From positions 1,166 to 65,165 of the forward strand of contig QHPY01000170.1 in the NCBI GenBank assembly GCA_003219215.1: a DNA stretch of 64,000 nt, in the 5' to 3' direction. Source of the DNA: Verrucomicrobiota bacterium. GTDB taxonomy: Bacteria; Verrucomicrobiota; Verrucomicrobiia; Chthoniobacterales; UBA10450. The position numbers were made by a program, and so were the translations under genes. Position 1 is the stretch's first letter. Every line of letters begins with the position of its first letter. The notes under the pieces were generated by a model. The model was not told the DNA's origin, ran no database searches, and worked only from the letters and a program-made list of their open reading frames with translations. Shown one piece after another: positions 34,186 to 45,130 of this stretch.

Positions 34186-36654
34186 TTAGTCTTTACCTTT
34201 TTCGTCTGTTCCGTTCGCGCTCGCTGATTGCGCGGCGCCGTCTTTTTCCAGAGCGACGGCGAGGACTTCATCGACATTTTCCACCGGAACAAATTTCAAT
34301 TTCTGTTTCGCTTCTTCCGGAACATCAACCAGATCTTTTTCGTTCAACTTCGGAATGATGACGGTCGAGATGCCGGCGCGCATCGCGGCCAAACTTTTTT
34401 CTTTGAGTCCGCCGATTGGTAAGATGAGTCCGCGCAATGTGATTTCGCCAGTCATCGCTACATCGGGACGGACCGGTTTGTTTGTGAATAATGATGCCAG
34501 CGCGGTAAACATGGCGATGCCGGCGGACGGTCCATCTTTCGGCACCGCACCGGCGGGAACGTGCACGTGGATGTCCATGTCGCGAAAGTCTTCCGGTTTC
34601 ACGCCGATTTCGCCATCGCGGCTTCGCACGAGACTGAGCGCCGCCTGAACCGATTCCTTCATCACTTCGCCGATGTGACCGGTGAGCGTCACGTTGCCCT
34701 TTCCGGGATAACGCGTCGCTTCAATGTGGAGCACTTCACCGCCGGCCGGCGTATAAGCGAGTCCGGTGACAACGCCGGGTTTGCTCGTTTTTAATTTCGT
34801 TTCGCGCACGTATTTGGCGGGTCCCAACATTTGCGCCCCTAATTGCGGCGTGACCGTCACGTGTTCCGTTTTACCGTGGGCAACGCGCGACGCGATTCCA
34901 CGGCAAATCGCTCCGATCTGGCGCTCGAGCTCGCGCACGCCGGCTTCGTGCGTGTAATCGTTGATGATTTGGCGGAGCGCGTCGTCCTGCCAGTCGACCT
35001 GTTCGGGCTTCAAGCCGTTTTCTTCCATCTGCCGCCGGACGAGATAACGTTTCGCGATCTCGAGCTTCTCCCGCTCGGTGTAACCGGGCAGCGAGATCAC
35101 TTCCATCCGGTCGCGCATCGGTTCGGGCACGCCGTCGATGTAATTCGCAGTCGCGATAAAAATGACCTGCGAAAGATCGAATGGTACGTCGAGGTAGCGA
35201 TCGACAAAAGTGTTGTTTTGGCGCGGGTCGAGCACTTCGAGCAACGCGCTCGCCGGATCGCCGCGAAAATCGGCGCCGATCTTGTCGATCTCGTCGAGCA
35301 TGAAAACCGGATTGCGAGTGCCGGCGCGGCGCAGTTCCTGAATGATCCGTCCCGGCATCGAACCGATGTAAGTGCGCCGGTGTCCGCGAATTTCCGCTTC
35401 GTCGCGCATTCCGCCGAGACTGATCCGGACAAACTTGCGACCGAGTGCATCGGCGATCGATTGGCCAAGACTGGTTTTGCCGACTCCCGGCGGCCCGAGG
35501 AAACACAGGATCGGTCCGTGCCCGGTTGGGTTCAGTTTGCGCACGGCGAGGTATTCGATTAGCCGCTTCTTTACTTTCTCGAGATCGTAATGGTCGCGAT
35601 CGAGGATTTGCTGTGCTTGATCGAGATCGAGATTGTCCTGGCTCAATTTGTTCCAGGGAAGGTCGGCGACGATCTCGATGTAACTGACGATGACGGAAAA
35701 CTCGGGGCTGGCCGGCGGAATAAAATCAAGCCGTTTCAATTCGCGCTCCGCTTGCTTCATCACCTCTGGCGGCGGATTCGCTTCCTTTAGGCGCGCGCGC
35801 AATTGCTCCATTTGCTCTTCGCTGCCGGTTTCGGCTTCACCGAGCTCGTGCTGGATCGCTTTGATCTGCGAACGCAAATAGGCGCGCCGTTGCGCGTCGG
35901 AAAATTGCGACGCCACGTCCTTCTGCAATTTCTCCTGGATCTGCGCGATCTCCAATTGCGCGGAGATGTGTTTCTGCACGATACGGATCCGCTTCTCCAC
36001 GTCCGGTTCTTCGAGAATCGCCTGCCTCTGCGCGACATCGATATTCAAGTTCGGCGCCAGAAAATCGGCGAGCTGTTCCGGGCTCGAGATGTTGAGAATC
36101 ATGAGGCGCGCTTGCTCCGGCGCTTCCGGAGTCAGCTCGAACAATCTCGCAGCCGAATCGCGCAGGTTTCGGAACGTCGCTTCCCATTCCTTGCTCTCCG
36201 GTGGCGAAATGGAATTCACCAAATCGACTTCTGCGCGGATGAACGGCGAAGTCGCGACGATTTTGCGCAGACTGAATCGGTCGAGCCCTCGCGCGATGAT
36301 GACCACGTGATCGTCGGCCTGGCGAATGAGCTTCAAAACGAGCGCGGCGGTTCCGACGTGGTAAAGGTCCTGAGGCCCCGGATCTTCCACGGCCTCGTCG
36401 CGCTGCGTCAATAGGCCGATCACTTTTGTGCGCGGCAACGTTTCGTCGAGTAATTGAATCGATGCCGGCCGCCGGACATTCAGCGGCACGATCGTGCCCG
36501 GAAAAACAACGAACCCGCGGACTGGCAGGATCGACAGTTCCTCTGGAATCCGCGGCACAAGGCTTTCGTCGGTCATGTCCGCGGCAATGGTCGGACCGGT
36601 GCTGGATTTCATTTCCAGTTCGCTGGCCAACGCGATTTGTTCTTCGTTGATCAT
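34186..36654 (-). CDS. lon: ATP-dependent Lon protease (endopeptidase La)
   Basis: 822 aa with the LON N-domain, AAA+ Walker A GPPGVGKTS and proteolytic Ser in PKDGPSAG. Confidence 0.95.
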   Translation of the reverse strand: MINEEQIALASELEMKSSTGPTIAADMTDESLVPRIPEELSILPVRGFVVFPGTIVPLNVRRPASIQLLDETLPRTKVIGLLTQRDEAVEDPGPQDLYHVGTAALVLKLIRQADDHVVIIARGLDRFSLRKIVATSPFIRAEVDLVNSISPPESKEWEATFRNLRDSAARLFELTPEAPEQARLMILNISSPEQLADFLAPNLNIDVAQRQAILEEPDVEKRIRIVQKHISAQLEIAQIQEKLQKDVASQFSDAQRRAYLRSQIKAIQHELGEAETGSEEQMEQLRARLKEANPPPEVMKQAERELKRLDFIPPASPEFSVIVSYIEIVADLPWNKLSQDNLDLDQAQQILDRDHYDLEKVKKRLIEYLAVRKLNPTGHGPILCFLGPPGVGKTSLGQSIADALGRKFVRISLGGMRDEAEIRGHRRTYIGSMPGRIIQELRRAGTRNPVFMLDEIDKIGADFRGDPASALLEVLDPRQNNTFVDRYLDVPFDLSQVIFIATANYIDGVPEPMRDRMEVISLPGYTEREKLEIAKRYLVRRQMEENGLKPEQVDWQDDALRQIINDYTHEAGVRELERQIGAICRGIASRVAHGKTEHVTVTPQLGAQMLGPAKYVRETKLKTSKPGVVTGLAYTPAGGEVLHIEATRYPGKGNVTLTGHIGEVMKESVQAALSLVRSRDGEIGVKPEDFRDMDIHVHVPAGAVPKDGPSAGIAMFTALASLFTNKPVRPDVAMTGEITLRGLILPIGGLKEKSLAAMRAGISTVIIPKLNEKDLVDVPEEAKQKLKFVPVENVDEVLAVALEKDGAAQSASANGTDEKGKD

Positions 36655-37055
36655 TGTTTTAATGGCAGTGAAATCCAGAGCAACCCGTTACGCTGTTCGG
36701 CGCTGGCCTGATCGATCTCCACTTCGGCCGGTAACGCGACCTCGCGCTCGAACGGTCCGTAATCGATTTCCATCGCCAACAATCGGACGGCGCGGCCTTC
36801 GGCGTGTGTCGGTTCCGGCAACTCGCGCGCCCCGCGAATCAGAATGCGTTGCGGCTCGACCGTGAGATCGATTTGCGACCGCTCCACCCCGGCGAGATCG
36901 ACACAGATGCGGACGCATTTTTCGCAGTGGTAAGCGTTGATGGCTGGCTCCCACGTGTGGGGCGCGAATTGAAATCGGGAGCGCGCCAACTCGTAAGTGA
37001 CGTCGTGCAACGCGCCGTGGAGCCAGCGCAACTTAATGCTGCCAATCGGGTCCAT
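36651..37055 (-). CDS. Hsp20/alpha-crystallin family small heat-shock protein
   Basis: 134 aa with an alpha-crystallin-like C-terminal block (ALPAEVEIDQASAEQRNGLLWISLPLK). There is a 4-nt overlap with the lon start. Confidence 0.7.
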   Translation of the reverse strand: MDPIGSIKLRWLHGALHDVTYELARSRFQFAPHTWEPAINAYHCEKCVRICVDLAGVERSQIDLTVEPQRILIRGARELPEPTHAEGRAVRLLAMEIDYGPFEREVALPAEVEIDQASAEQRNGLLWISLPLKQ

Positions 37056-37197
37056 TTCAAAAGTGACCTGCCTCTAAATAAACTACGCGCAAAACACGGT
37101 CGTCGCGTGCCTCTTTCGGGATACCGCGGTGCAAACCGCTCGCGGACACGCGACTACACCCTCAACTGTCTCGATGTCGATCCTACGCCGTTCGGTC

Positions 37198-38874
37198 TCA
37201 GCGCACTTTCCCGGGTCCCCACAACGCCCGTCCCGGTTTCGCGCCAGTGTGTTCGCCGTCTTTGATCACTTGAACGCCGTTTACAAAAACGTGTTTCACG
37301 CCCGTCGCGTATTGATGCGGTTTTTCGAATGTCGCGTGGTCGGCAATGGTCGCCGGATCGAACACGACCACGTCGGCGAACGTTCCTTCTTTCAAAAATC
37401 CGCGATGATCGAGCCCGAGATTGGTTGCCGGTAACGCGCTCAGTCTTCGAATCGCTTCCGGCAACGTGATCACTTTTTCGTCGCGCACATATTTGCCGAG
37501 AACGCGCGCGAAATTTCCGTAGGCCCGCGGATGCGGATTCGATTTCAGGAAAACGCCTTCCGGCGCTTCCGACGCTTCATCGGAGCCAAATGAGATCCAA
37601 GGTTTCGCGATCTCTTTCTTCACGTTTCCTTCAGACATCATGAAGTAGACAGTGCCGACGCGCGATTCGTCTTCGGCGACAAGGTCCATCGCAGTGTCGA
37701 TCGGATCTTTGCCGCGCATTTTCGCCACTTCAGCGAGCGTTTTGCCGGTAAGCGGTTTCAATTTTTCCGATTTGAAAGCGACGAGCAGAATCTTGTCGGG
37801 CGATCCGGTCGCGAGATAAAGGTTTTCCCATTTGTCACTGTCGATCTTTACTTCGGCTTTGATTTTTTCGCGTGTGGCCGGATCGCGCAGCCGTTTGAAC
37901 AACGCCGGATAACCGCCGTCTTCGGTCCAGGGCGGGAAGCAGGCGTCGAGTCCGGTGGCACCGGCGGTGTAGGTGTACATGTTCGCGCGAATGTTGAGTC
38001 CTTCTTTTTGCGCTGACTCAATTCGCGAAAGCAAACTGTCGATCTTCGCCCAGTTTTTCTGGCCGGCGGCTTTGATGTGATAAACCTCGGCCGGGATTCC
38101 GGCTTCGCGACTGATCCGGAGCAACTCGTCGAATGCTTCAAGCAATTGATTTCCTTCGCTCCGCATGTGCGAGATGTAATTACCTTTGTATTTGGCCGCG
38201 ACTTTGCAGAGCTCGATCAATTCTTCCGTCTTCGCGTAAAACGCCGGTGGATAAATCAGTGATGTGCCGATGCCGAGCGCGCCCGCTTCCATTTCTTTGC
38301 GCACAAGTTTGCGCATCTGGTCGAGCTCCTGCGGCGTCGGCGCACGATCATCAAAGCCGATGACACATTGTCGAATGGTGGTCGCGCCAATGAACGACGC
38401 GACGTTGCAGGAAATGCCGCGCTTTTCGAGGTACTGCAGATATTCCGCGAGCGTGTTCCACTTAATGTCGTACTTGATGTCAGCCTGCTGCTTCAGCATG
38501 AACTCGCGCACACGATCGTTCACCGGTCCCATCGATTCGCCTTCGCCCATGATCTCCGTCGTCACGCCCTGACGAATCTCGCTTTGCGAACGACCATCCT
38601 GGATCAACGACTCGGTCGACCAGGAAAGCATGTTGATGAACCCCGGCGCGACCGCGAGTCCGCTCGCATTAACAATTGTTTTCGCGCTGGCGTCCTTGAA
38701 ATCACCGAGACCGGCAATGCGATCGCCCTTGATCGCAAGATCGACACGTTGTGCCTCGCCGCCAGTGCCGTCGTAAACCGCGCCGCCTTTAATGATGACA
38801 TCGAAATCCTGCGCGCGAGCGGTAACTGCGATTGTCCAAGTTACCAAAGCGACGAGAAACAATCTGGGCATCAT
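37198..38874 (-). CDS. Exported N-acyl-D-amino-acid deacylase (D-aminoacylase) family amidohydrolase
   Basis: Signal peptide MMPRLFLVALVTWTIAVTARA. The N-terminal beta-sandwich start (FDVIIKGGAVYDGTGGEAQRVDLAIKGDRIAGLGD) and C-terminal FADVVVFDP...VFVNG are typical of this family. Confidence 0.75.
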   Translation of the reverse strand: MMPRLFLVALVTWTIAVTARAQDFDVIIKGGAVYDGTGGEAQRVDLAIKGDRIAGLGDFKDASAKTIVNASGLAVAPGFINMLSWSTESLIQDGRSQSEIRQGVTTEIMGEGESMGPVNDRVREFMLKQQADIKYDIKWNTLAEYLQYLEKRGISCNVASFIGATTIRQCVIGFDDRAPTPQELDQMRKLVRKEMEAGALGIGTSLIYPPAFYAKTEELIELCKVAAKYKGNYISHMRSEGNQLLEAFDELLRISREAGIPAEVYHIKAAGQKNWAKIDSLLSRIESAQKEGLNIRANMYTYTAGATGLDACFPPWTEDGGYPALFKRLRDPATREKIKAEVKIDSDKWENLYLATGSPDKILLVAFKSEKLKPLTGKTLAEVAKMRGKDPIDTAMDLVAEDESRVGTVYFMMSEGNVKKEIAKPWISFGSDEASEAPEGVFLKSNPHPRAYGNFARVLGKYVRDEKVITLPEAIRRLSALPATNLGLDHRGFLKEGTFADVVVFDPATIADHATFEKPHQYATGVKHVFVNGVQVIKDGEHTGAKPGRALWGPGKVR

Positions 38875-38916
38875 CCCGCGATTGAAAAATCGGTGGAGAG
38901 GAATGTCGATCTCAAA

Positions 38917-40002
38917 TTATTTTTCGGATTCCTTGAGTAGTTTGATCAATTCATCCTTCCAGAGCGACACGACAGTGTGGCTACCGTGGCCGCGTGTTTT
39001 GTCGCTGAGCGGAATGACAATCGCGCGCCCATGCGGGACCCGTTTGATTTCGCGTTCCAGAATTCCAAGCTCGGGCGGATTGATTAAGTCATCGGCTGAA
39101 TTAATCGCGAGCAACGGTGCGTGAATTTTTTCCAGGTTCGGGCCGGGATCGTAATCGTGCGACGCTTCGAGCGCGTAGAGGACATCATTCGCGTCGCCGG
39201 TTTTCAGATAATCATTCACGAACTTGTCGAGCGTTTCATCGGTTTTCGCGAGCGTTGGGGCTTCTTTTTGCCGCAACACTGGATTGCTGCTCATGAACCA
39301 AAGCATTTCCGCCGCGGTGCGCAGACTTGGTGGTTGTCCCGCGTTCGCGGGATATTCGCCGCTATTCCACGACGGATCATTTCGAATCGCGTCGATGATG
39401 ATGCGTCGCCAGGCGCGATTGCGCCCGGAGATTTGAGTCGGCAAACTGGCCAGCGGCATCAGCGCGTCCATGAATTCGGGATGCGATTCGCCCCAGAGCC
39501 AGGTGTGCATTCCGCCCATTGACGTGCCCATTACCAAGCGCGCGTGACTCACGCCGAGTCCGTCGGTCAGCAAACGATACTGCGCTAACACCATGTCGAT
39601 GTAACCGTAGTGCGGAAACTTCGCGTGCAGGCCGTCGCTCGGTTTGCTCGATTTGCCGTGACCGATTCCGTCCGGGAGAACGATGAAAAATTTCGTCACG
39701 TCCAGTGGCTGATCTTTTCCAAACAATTCGCCCGCGAACTCGGGTCGAATAAATTGGGCGCCGCTGCCGGTCGTGCCGTGCATGATGAGAACGGCATTGC
39801 GCGTCTTGCCTTGGGCGTCCTTGTCGATCTTGCCGAGCGTTCGATAATGAATTCGCAGTTCCGGCAATGTTTCGCCGGATGCGAACCTGAAATCTCGGAT
39901 CGTGTAATCGCCTTCAGTCGGTGGCGGATAATCGGCCGGTATAATCGTTCTCGCTCCAGCCAACAGCAAGGCAGCTGCGCAGATTCGAATGAGCGATTTC
40001 AT
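38917..40002 (-). CDS. Exported alpha/beta hydrolase, homoserine O-acetyltransferase (MetX)-like fold
   Basis: Signal peptide (ICAAALLLAGA), nucleophile elbow GTSMGG, and MetX-like blocks LIMHGTTGSG and INSADDLINPPE. The export signal argues against a biosynthetic MetX role. Confidence 0.65.
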   Translation of the reverse strand: MKSLIRICAAALLLAGARTIIPADYPPPTEGDYTIRDFRFASGETLPELRIHYRTLGKIDKDAQGKTRNAVLIMHGTTGSGAQFIRPEFAGELFGKDQPLDVTKFFIVLPDGIGHGKSSKPSDGLHAKFPHYGYIDMVLAQYRLLTDGLGVSHARLVMGTSMGGMHTWLWGESHPEFMDALMPLASLPTQISGRNRAWRRIIIDAIRNDPSWNSGEYPANAGQPPSLRTAAEMLWFMSSNPVLRQKEAPTLAKTDETLDKFVNDYLKTGDANDVLYALEASHDYDPGPNLEKIHAPLLAINSADDLINPPELGILEREIKRVPHGRAIVIPLSDKTRGHGSHTVVSLWKDELIKLLKESEK

Positions 40003-40004
40003 AT

Positions 40005-40631
40005 TTAATGACGTTGTCGTTCAGCTTGAATTTGCCTTAGCAAATCCGTCTGGGTCGTTTCCATGTCATGAAAAAGTTTTACCACCAGGTCCAGTGCTTG
40101 GGGATATTTCTCAAAGCGCTTCCGAAGTTTTTTGGTTACTGGATCATAGAAGAAGGAAATGTCCTGATCGAGATTGGGCGCAATTAGTTCGTCACTGAGT
40201 TTCTCGAAATGCGTTATCGCACTCAAATCGCCGCGAATTGTCGATTCGAGTTGGCGCAGCACGGTCAGGGTCTTCGTATCCAGCAACTCGATCCCACCTG
40301 ATTGGAGCAACGTTGCAATGTCTGCAGGATTGTAATCGGTCGAAAATGAAAACGGCCGCAACGGCGGCATTTCACCCGCATCGAGAGAATGTTTGAACGC
40401 AGCAATTAATTTTTCCTCCTTGGCGCCGTCGCTTTTAGCGCTGCTGATACCGTCCTCTAAGCGTTGCTCCAGGTAAGCGAGAATCTGATCGCGTCGTTTC
40501 GCTTGCTCCTTTCCCTGTTGGTAATTATTTAGCCAGAAAGCCGCGTAGACGCCGACAAAGACCAGAATCAGTTCGGCCAGCCATCGGCCGAGCCGCGCGA
40601 GCATCGAATGCTTTTGGGTTGTCTCACTCAT
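40005..40631 (-). CDS. Hypothetical single-pass membrane protein
   Basis: One TM (LAELILVFVGVYAAFWL) then a helical charged domain. It ends 2 nt before the hydrolase start. The ATG at 40631 is preferred over the TTG at 40655. Confidence 0.5.
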   Translation of the reverse strand: MSETTQKHSMLARLGRWLAELILVFVGVYAAFWLNNYQQGKEQAKRRDQILAYLEQRLEDGISSAKSDGAKEEKLIAAFKHSLDAGEMPPLRPFSFSTDYNPADIATLLQSGGIELLDTKTLTVLRQLESTIRGDLSAITHFEKLSDELIAPNLDQDISFFYDPVTKKLRKRFEKYPQALDLVVKLFHDMETTQTDLLRQIQAERQRH

Positions 40632-40654
40632 GGTTAACGGGAACAATTTAATCA

Positions 40655-41440
40655 ATGAAACAATCGTGGTCAGTCAAAGAGCTGACTGAATTCGTGGCCG
40701 ATTCGGTGCAGAATGCGCGGCAAGGCAGCGCGCCGTTTTATCATTTGCAGTTCGATCGGGTGTTCCCGTCGGATTTTTACGCGGAAATGCTCCGAACCAT
40801 GCCGGACGACAACGATTACCGGCCAATGTCGGGTAAAAGTAAAATGGGAAGCAGCCGGCCGGACGGAAAACCGACACGGACGAAGATTGATTTGTTCCCG
40901 GAATATATTCGTCATCTGCCGGCGGAAAAAGTTGCGGTTTGGGACGTTGTCGGTCGCGTTCTGCGTTCGGAGAAGGTGAAGTCGGCGTTGATCCAAAAAC
41001 TCGGCCCGGGTTTGGAAGAACGTTTCGGGAAGGATTTCCACGGCGTCGGAATGTATCCGGTCCCGATTCTGACTCGCGACATTCCGGGCTATCGCGTTTT
41101 CAAACACACCGACAGTCTTTGGAAAGGAATTACGGTCCAGCTTTATTTGCCCGCTGATGATTCAAACAGAAATGTCGGCACGATTTTTCACGAGCGATTG
41201 CCGGACGGAACGAAACCGAAAAGAATGCGAATGCCATTCGCGCCGAACAGCGGTTACGCTTTCGCGGTATGGAACGATACCTGGCATTCGGCCGACCCCG
41301 TCGGACCCGAAGTAAGAACGCGCGACAGCATTCTCCTTACCTATTTTGTTGACCGCGGCATCTGGAGAACTTTGCGTAACCGCGCGCGTCGGGTCGGCAA
41401 TTTCTTGCTAAACGAGCTGCGCAGTTTAAAGCGCAGCTGA
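40655..41440 (+). CDS. Hypothetical protein, possible 2OG-Fe(II) oxygenase-like fold
   Basis: An HxD...H arrangement (FKHTDSLWKGITVQLYL ... NSGYAFAVWNDTWHSA) suggests a double-stranded beta-helix dioxygenase. No firm family recognition. Confidence 0.4.
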   Translation: MKQSWSVKELTEFVADSVQNARQGSAPFYHLQFDRVFPSDFYAEMLRTMPDDNDYRPMSGKSKMGSSRPDGKPTRTKIDLFPEYIRHLPAEKVAVWDVVGRVLRSEKVKSALIQKLGPGLEERFGKDFHGVGMYPVPILTRDIPGYRVFKHTDSLWKGITVQLYLPADDSNRNVGTIFHERLPDGTKPKRMRMPFAPNSGYAFAVWNDTWHSADPVGPEVRTRDSILLTYFVDRGIWRTLRNRARRVGNFLLNELRSLKRS

Positions 41441-41691
41441 GCTACCAGTTATCACGGCAAGGCGTGGATGACCAAGCGCGATTGCGCTGACGCGGACTAT
41501 ATCGGCACTTAGGTGGATTTGCGTGTCGGCCAAAAATAAAGCCGCCGATTGGAGATGAGCATTGCGCCGAGGACCAGCCCGATGTAGATCCAGCGGGCGT
41601 TCCCCCAACATCATCCCGCGTCTTTCAGGACAAAAGGCGAATCGGAGTCGTCCTCGACCGCCGGTTTCAAGCGGTTCACCTCGCTTGTCGG

Positions 41692-43461
<1,770 letters not shown>

Positions 43462-43536
43462 GCGAGATCGATAAATTGCGCTCGTTTCGCGTGGCGCATG
43501 CGAAATAAATATGTGGCTGGCAAAATTATTGTAGGC

Positions 43537-43564
43537 AAAAAAACAATGCACCGGCGGCGGTTGC
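43537..43564 (-). terminator. Candidate rho-independent terminator downstream of gmhA
   Basis: The minus-strand RNA GCA(A)CCG-CCGC-CGGTGC forms a 6-bp stem with one bulge, followed by AUUGUUUUUUU. It lies about 130 nt after the gmhA stop. Confidence 0.4.
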
Positions 43565-43695
43565 TTCGTCCGCGATCGCCAACCGCGCGGCGCGGCGAAA
43601 ATATTCAGATCGGGGGAACAAAGATCGGCGTTAAAAGCGGCGGTCAGAAATCCGCTGTGACCCGCGCAAGGCGTCGCTCGGCTGGCGTGCGTTGA

Positions 43696-44274
43696 TCAGA
43701 CGCGCGGCAGTTGCGCTTCGAAAATTTCGCAGATGACGTGAAGGATGAACTTGTGCGCTTCCTGTATCCGCGCGGTCGATTTGCCTTTCACGATAAGATC
43801 GACATCGGCAACGCCGGCGGTTGATCCGCCGTCTCGTCCGAGGAGCGCAATCGTTTTTAGTTTCCGCTTGCGCGCTTCTTCGACTGCGTGCTGGATATTT
43901 TTTGACTTGCCACTGGTGCTGATGGCGATCAGAACGTCGCCAGAATTTCCGAACGCGCGAATCTGGCGCGCGAAGATTTCTTCGAATCCATAATCATTTC
44001 CCGTGGCGGTAATTAGACTTCCGCCCTGCGAAAGGTTCATCGCCGGGTACGGCCGGCGATCTTCCACAAACCGGCAGGCCAACTCCGTGCAAAAATCGGC
44101 CGCATCCGCGGCGCTGCCGCCGTTTCCACAAGCGAGCACCTTCTTCTCATTCGTTAGGCAATCTGCGATCAAATCGGCGGCTTTCGCAATTTGAGATTCA
44201 AGATCGACAATCGATTGCAAGGTCTTCTTCGCCGCCGCGATTGCGCTCTTTAGAATTTCAGATGAGCCGGGCAT
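43696..44274 (-). CDS. gmhA: SIS-domain D-sedoheptulose-7-phosphate isomerase
   Basis: 192 aa with CGNGGSAADAADF, ATGNDYGFEEIF and ISTSGKSKN. Confidence 0.8.
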   Translation of the reverse strand: MPGSSEILKSAIAAAKKTLQSIVDLESQIAKAADLIADCLTNEKKVLACGNGGSAADAADFCTELACRFVEDRRPYPAMNLSQGGSLITATGNDYGFEEIFARQIRAFGNSGDVLIAISTSGKSKNIQHAVEEARKRKLKTIALLGRDGGSTAGVADVDLIVKGKSTARIQEAHKFILHVICEIFEAQLPRV

Positions 44275-44286
44275 AGCGAAGAAAGA

Positions 44287-44361
<75 letters not shown>

Positions 44362-44398
44362 ATTTCAAGCGGAGTGATAAGTGATCAGTGATCACCGT

Positions 44399-44962
44399 TC
44401 AGTCAAGACTGCGCGTAATTTTCTGAGCCGCTTCTTTGTGGCCGAGAATGCGAACGGTTTCCTTCAGTTGCTCAACCTTGAGCGGCTTCTTCAAAACCGT
44501 GATCGGTCCCTTGCCCAAAATTCGGTCGAGCATCGCGCTGTCCGGATAACCTGTAATGATGATGATCGGGCAGCCGGGCTGATCTTCCTTGATCGCATCG
44601 TAAACATCGTCGGCCGGACCGTCCGGTAGTTTTAAATCAAGAAACACAAGATCGAACTTTTGTTTTTCGAGTGCGGCCAGGGCTTCCTTCACGGTGCCGA
44701 CAACGACGCGGCTGAAACCGATTTTGCGGAGGAAGAGTTTGAAAAGATTTTGCAGGCTTTCGTCGTCGTCCACCACGAGAACGGTCGGCTGGCCGGATTT
44801 GTCTTCCTTGAGAATGTCCTTGTCGAGGGAGGATTTTTTGATGCGCCACCGGCCGCCGATCTGGATGGCGGGGAGCTGACCGCGTTGGACGAGATAATAA
44901 ACGGTGGGCAACGGGATCCGGAGATATTTGGCCGTTTCCTTAACCGTTAGGAGGTTATGCAT
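44399..44962 (-). CDS. Response regulator with N-terminal excisionase/MerR-type HTH and C-terminal receiver
   Basis: The N-terminus LLTVKETAKYLRIPLPTVYYLVQRGQLPAIQIGGRWRI is an excisionase-family HTH. It is followed by the receiver TVLVVDDDESL...LVFLDLKLPDG...IIIITGY. The ATG at 44962 is preferred. Confidence 0.75.
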   Translation of the reverse strand: MHNLLTVKETAKYLRIPLPTVYYLVQRGQLPAIQIGGRWRIKKSSLDKDILKEDKSGQPTVLVVDDDESLQNLFKLFLRKIGFSRVVVGTVKEALAALEKQKFDLVFLDLKLPDGPADDVYDAIKEDQPGCPIIIITGYPDSAMLDRILGKGPITVLKKPLKVEQLKETVRILGHKEAAQKITRSLD

Positions 44963-45130
44963 GTTGGGAAAATCACCAATTCGCGGGAAAATGGGCAAGA
45001 CATTTCGTTTGCCCAAGCATTATAAATTCTAGAATCGATGTCAATCCTTTCTTTGGGCGATTAAAAGCCTAACAATGCTGCATTCCGGGGCGACCGGGGC
45101 ACTCGCGACTGGACAACGCCGGGACAGAGG

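Noticed and set aside
34843-35562. 239-aa plus-strand ORF and overlapping 211-aa and 123-aa minus-frame ORFs
   Set aside because: All lie inside or antisense to lon, whose frame carries the Walker A and catalytic Ser motifs.
41500-41614. Short hydrophobic reading frame on the minus strand (CWGNARWIYIGLVLGAMLISNRRLYFWPTRKST) in the 250-nt gap before ccsA
   Set aside because: It looks like a small membrane peptide but follows an in-frame TGA directly and has no usable start. It joins the upstream ATG-ATG only through a +1 shift at a G5 run. Without evidence of a sequencing error or frameshifting, it cannot be supported as a gene.
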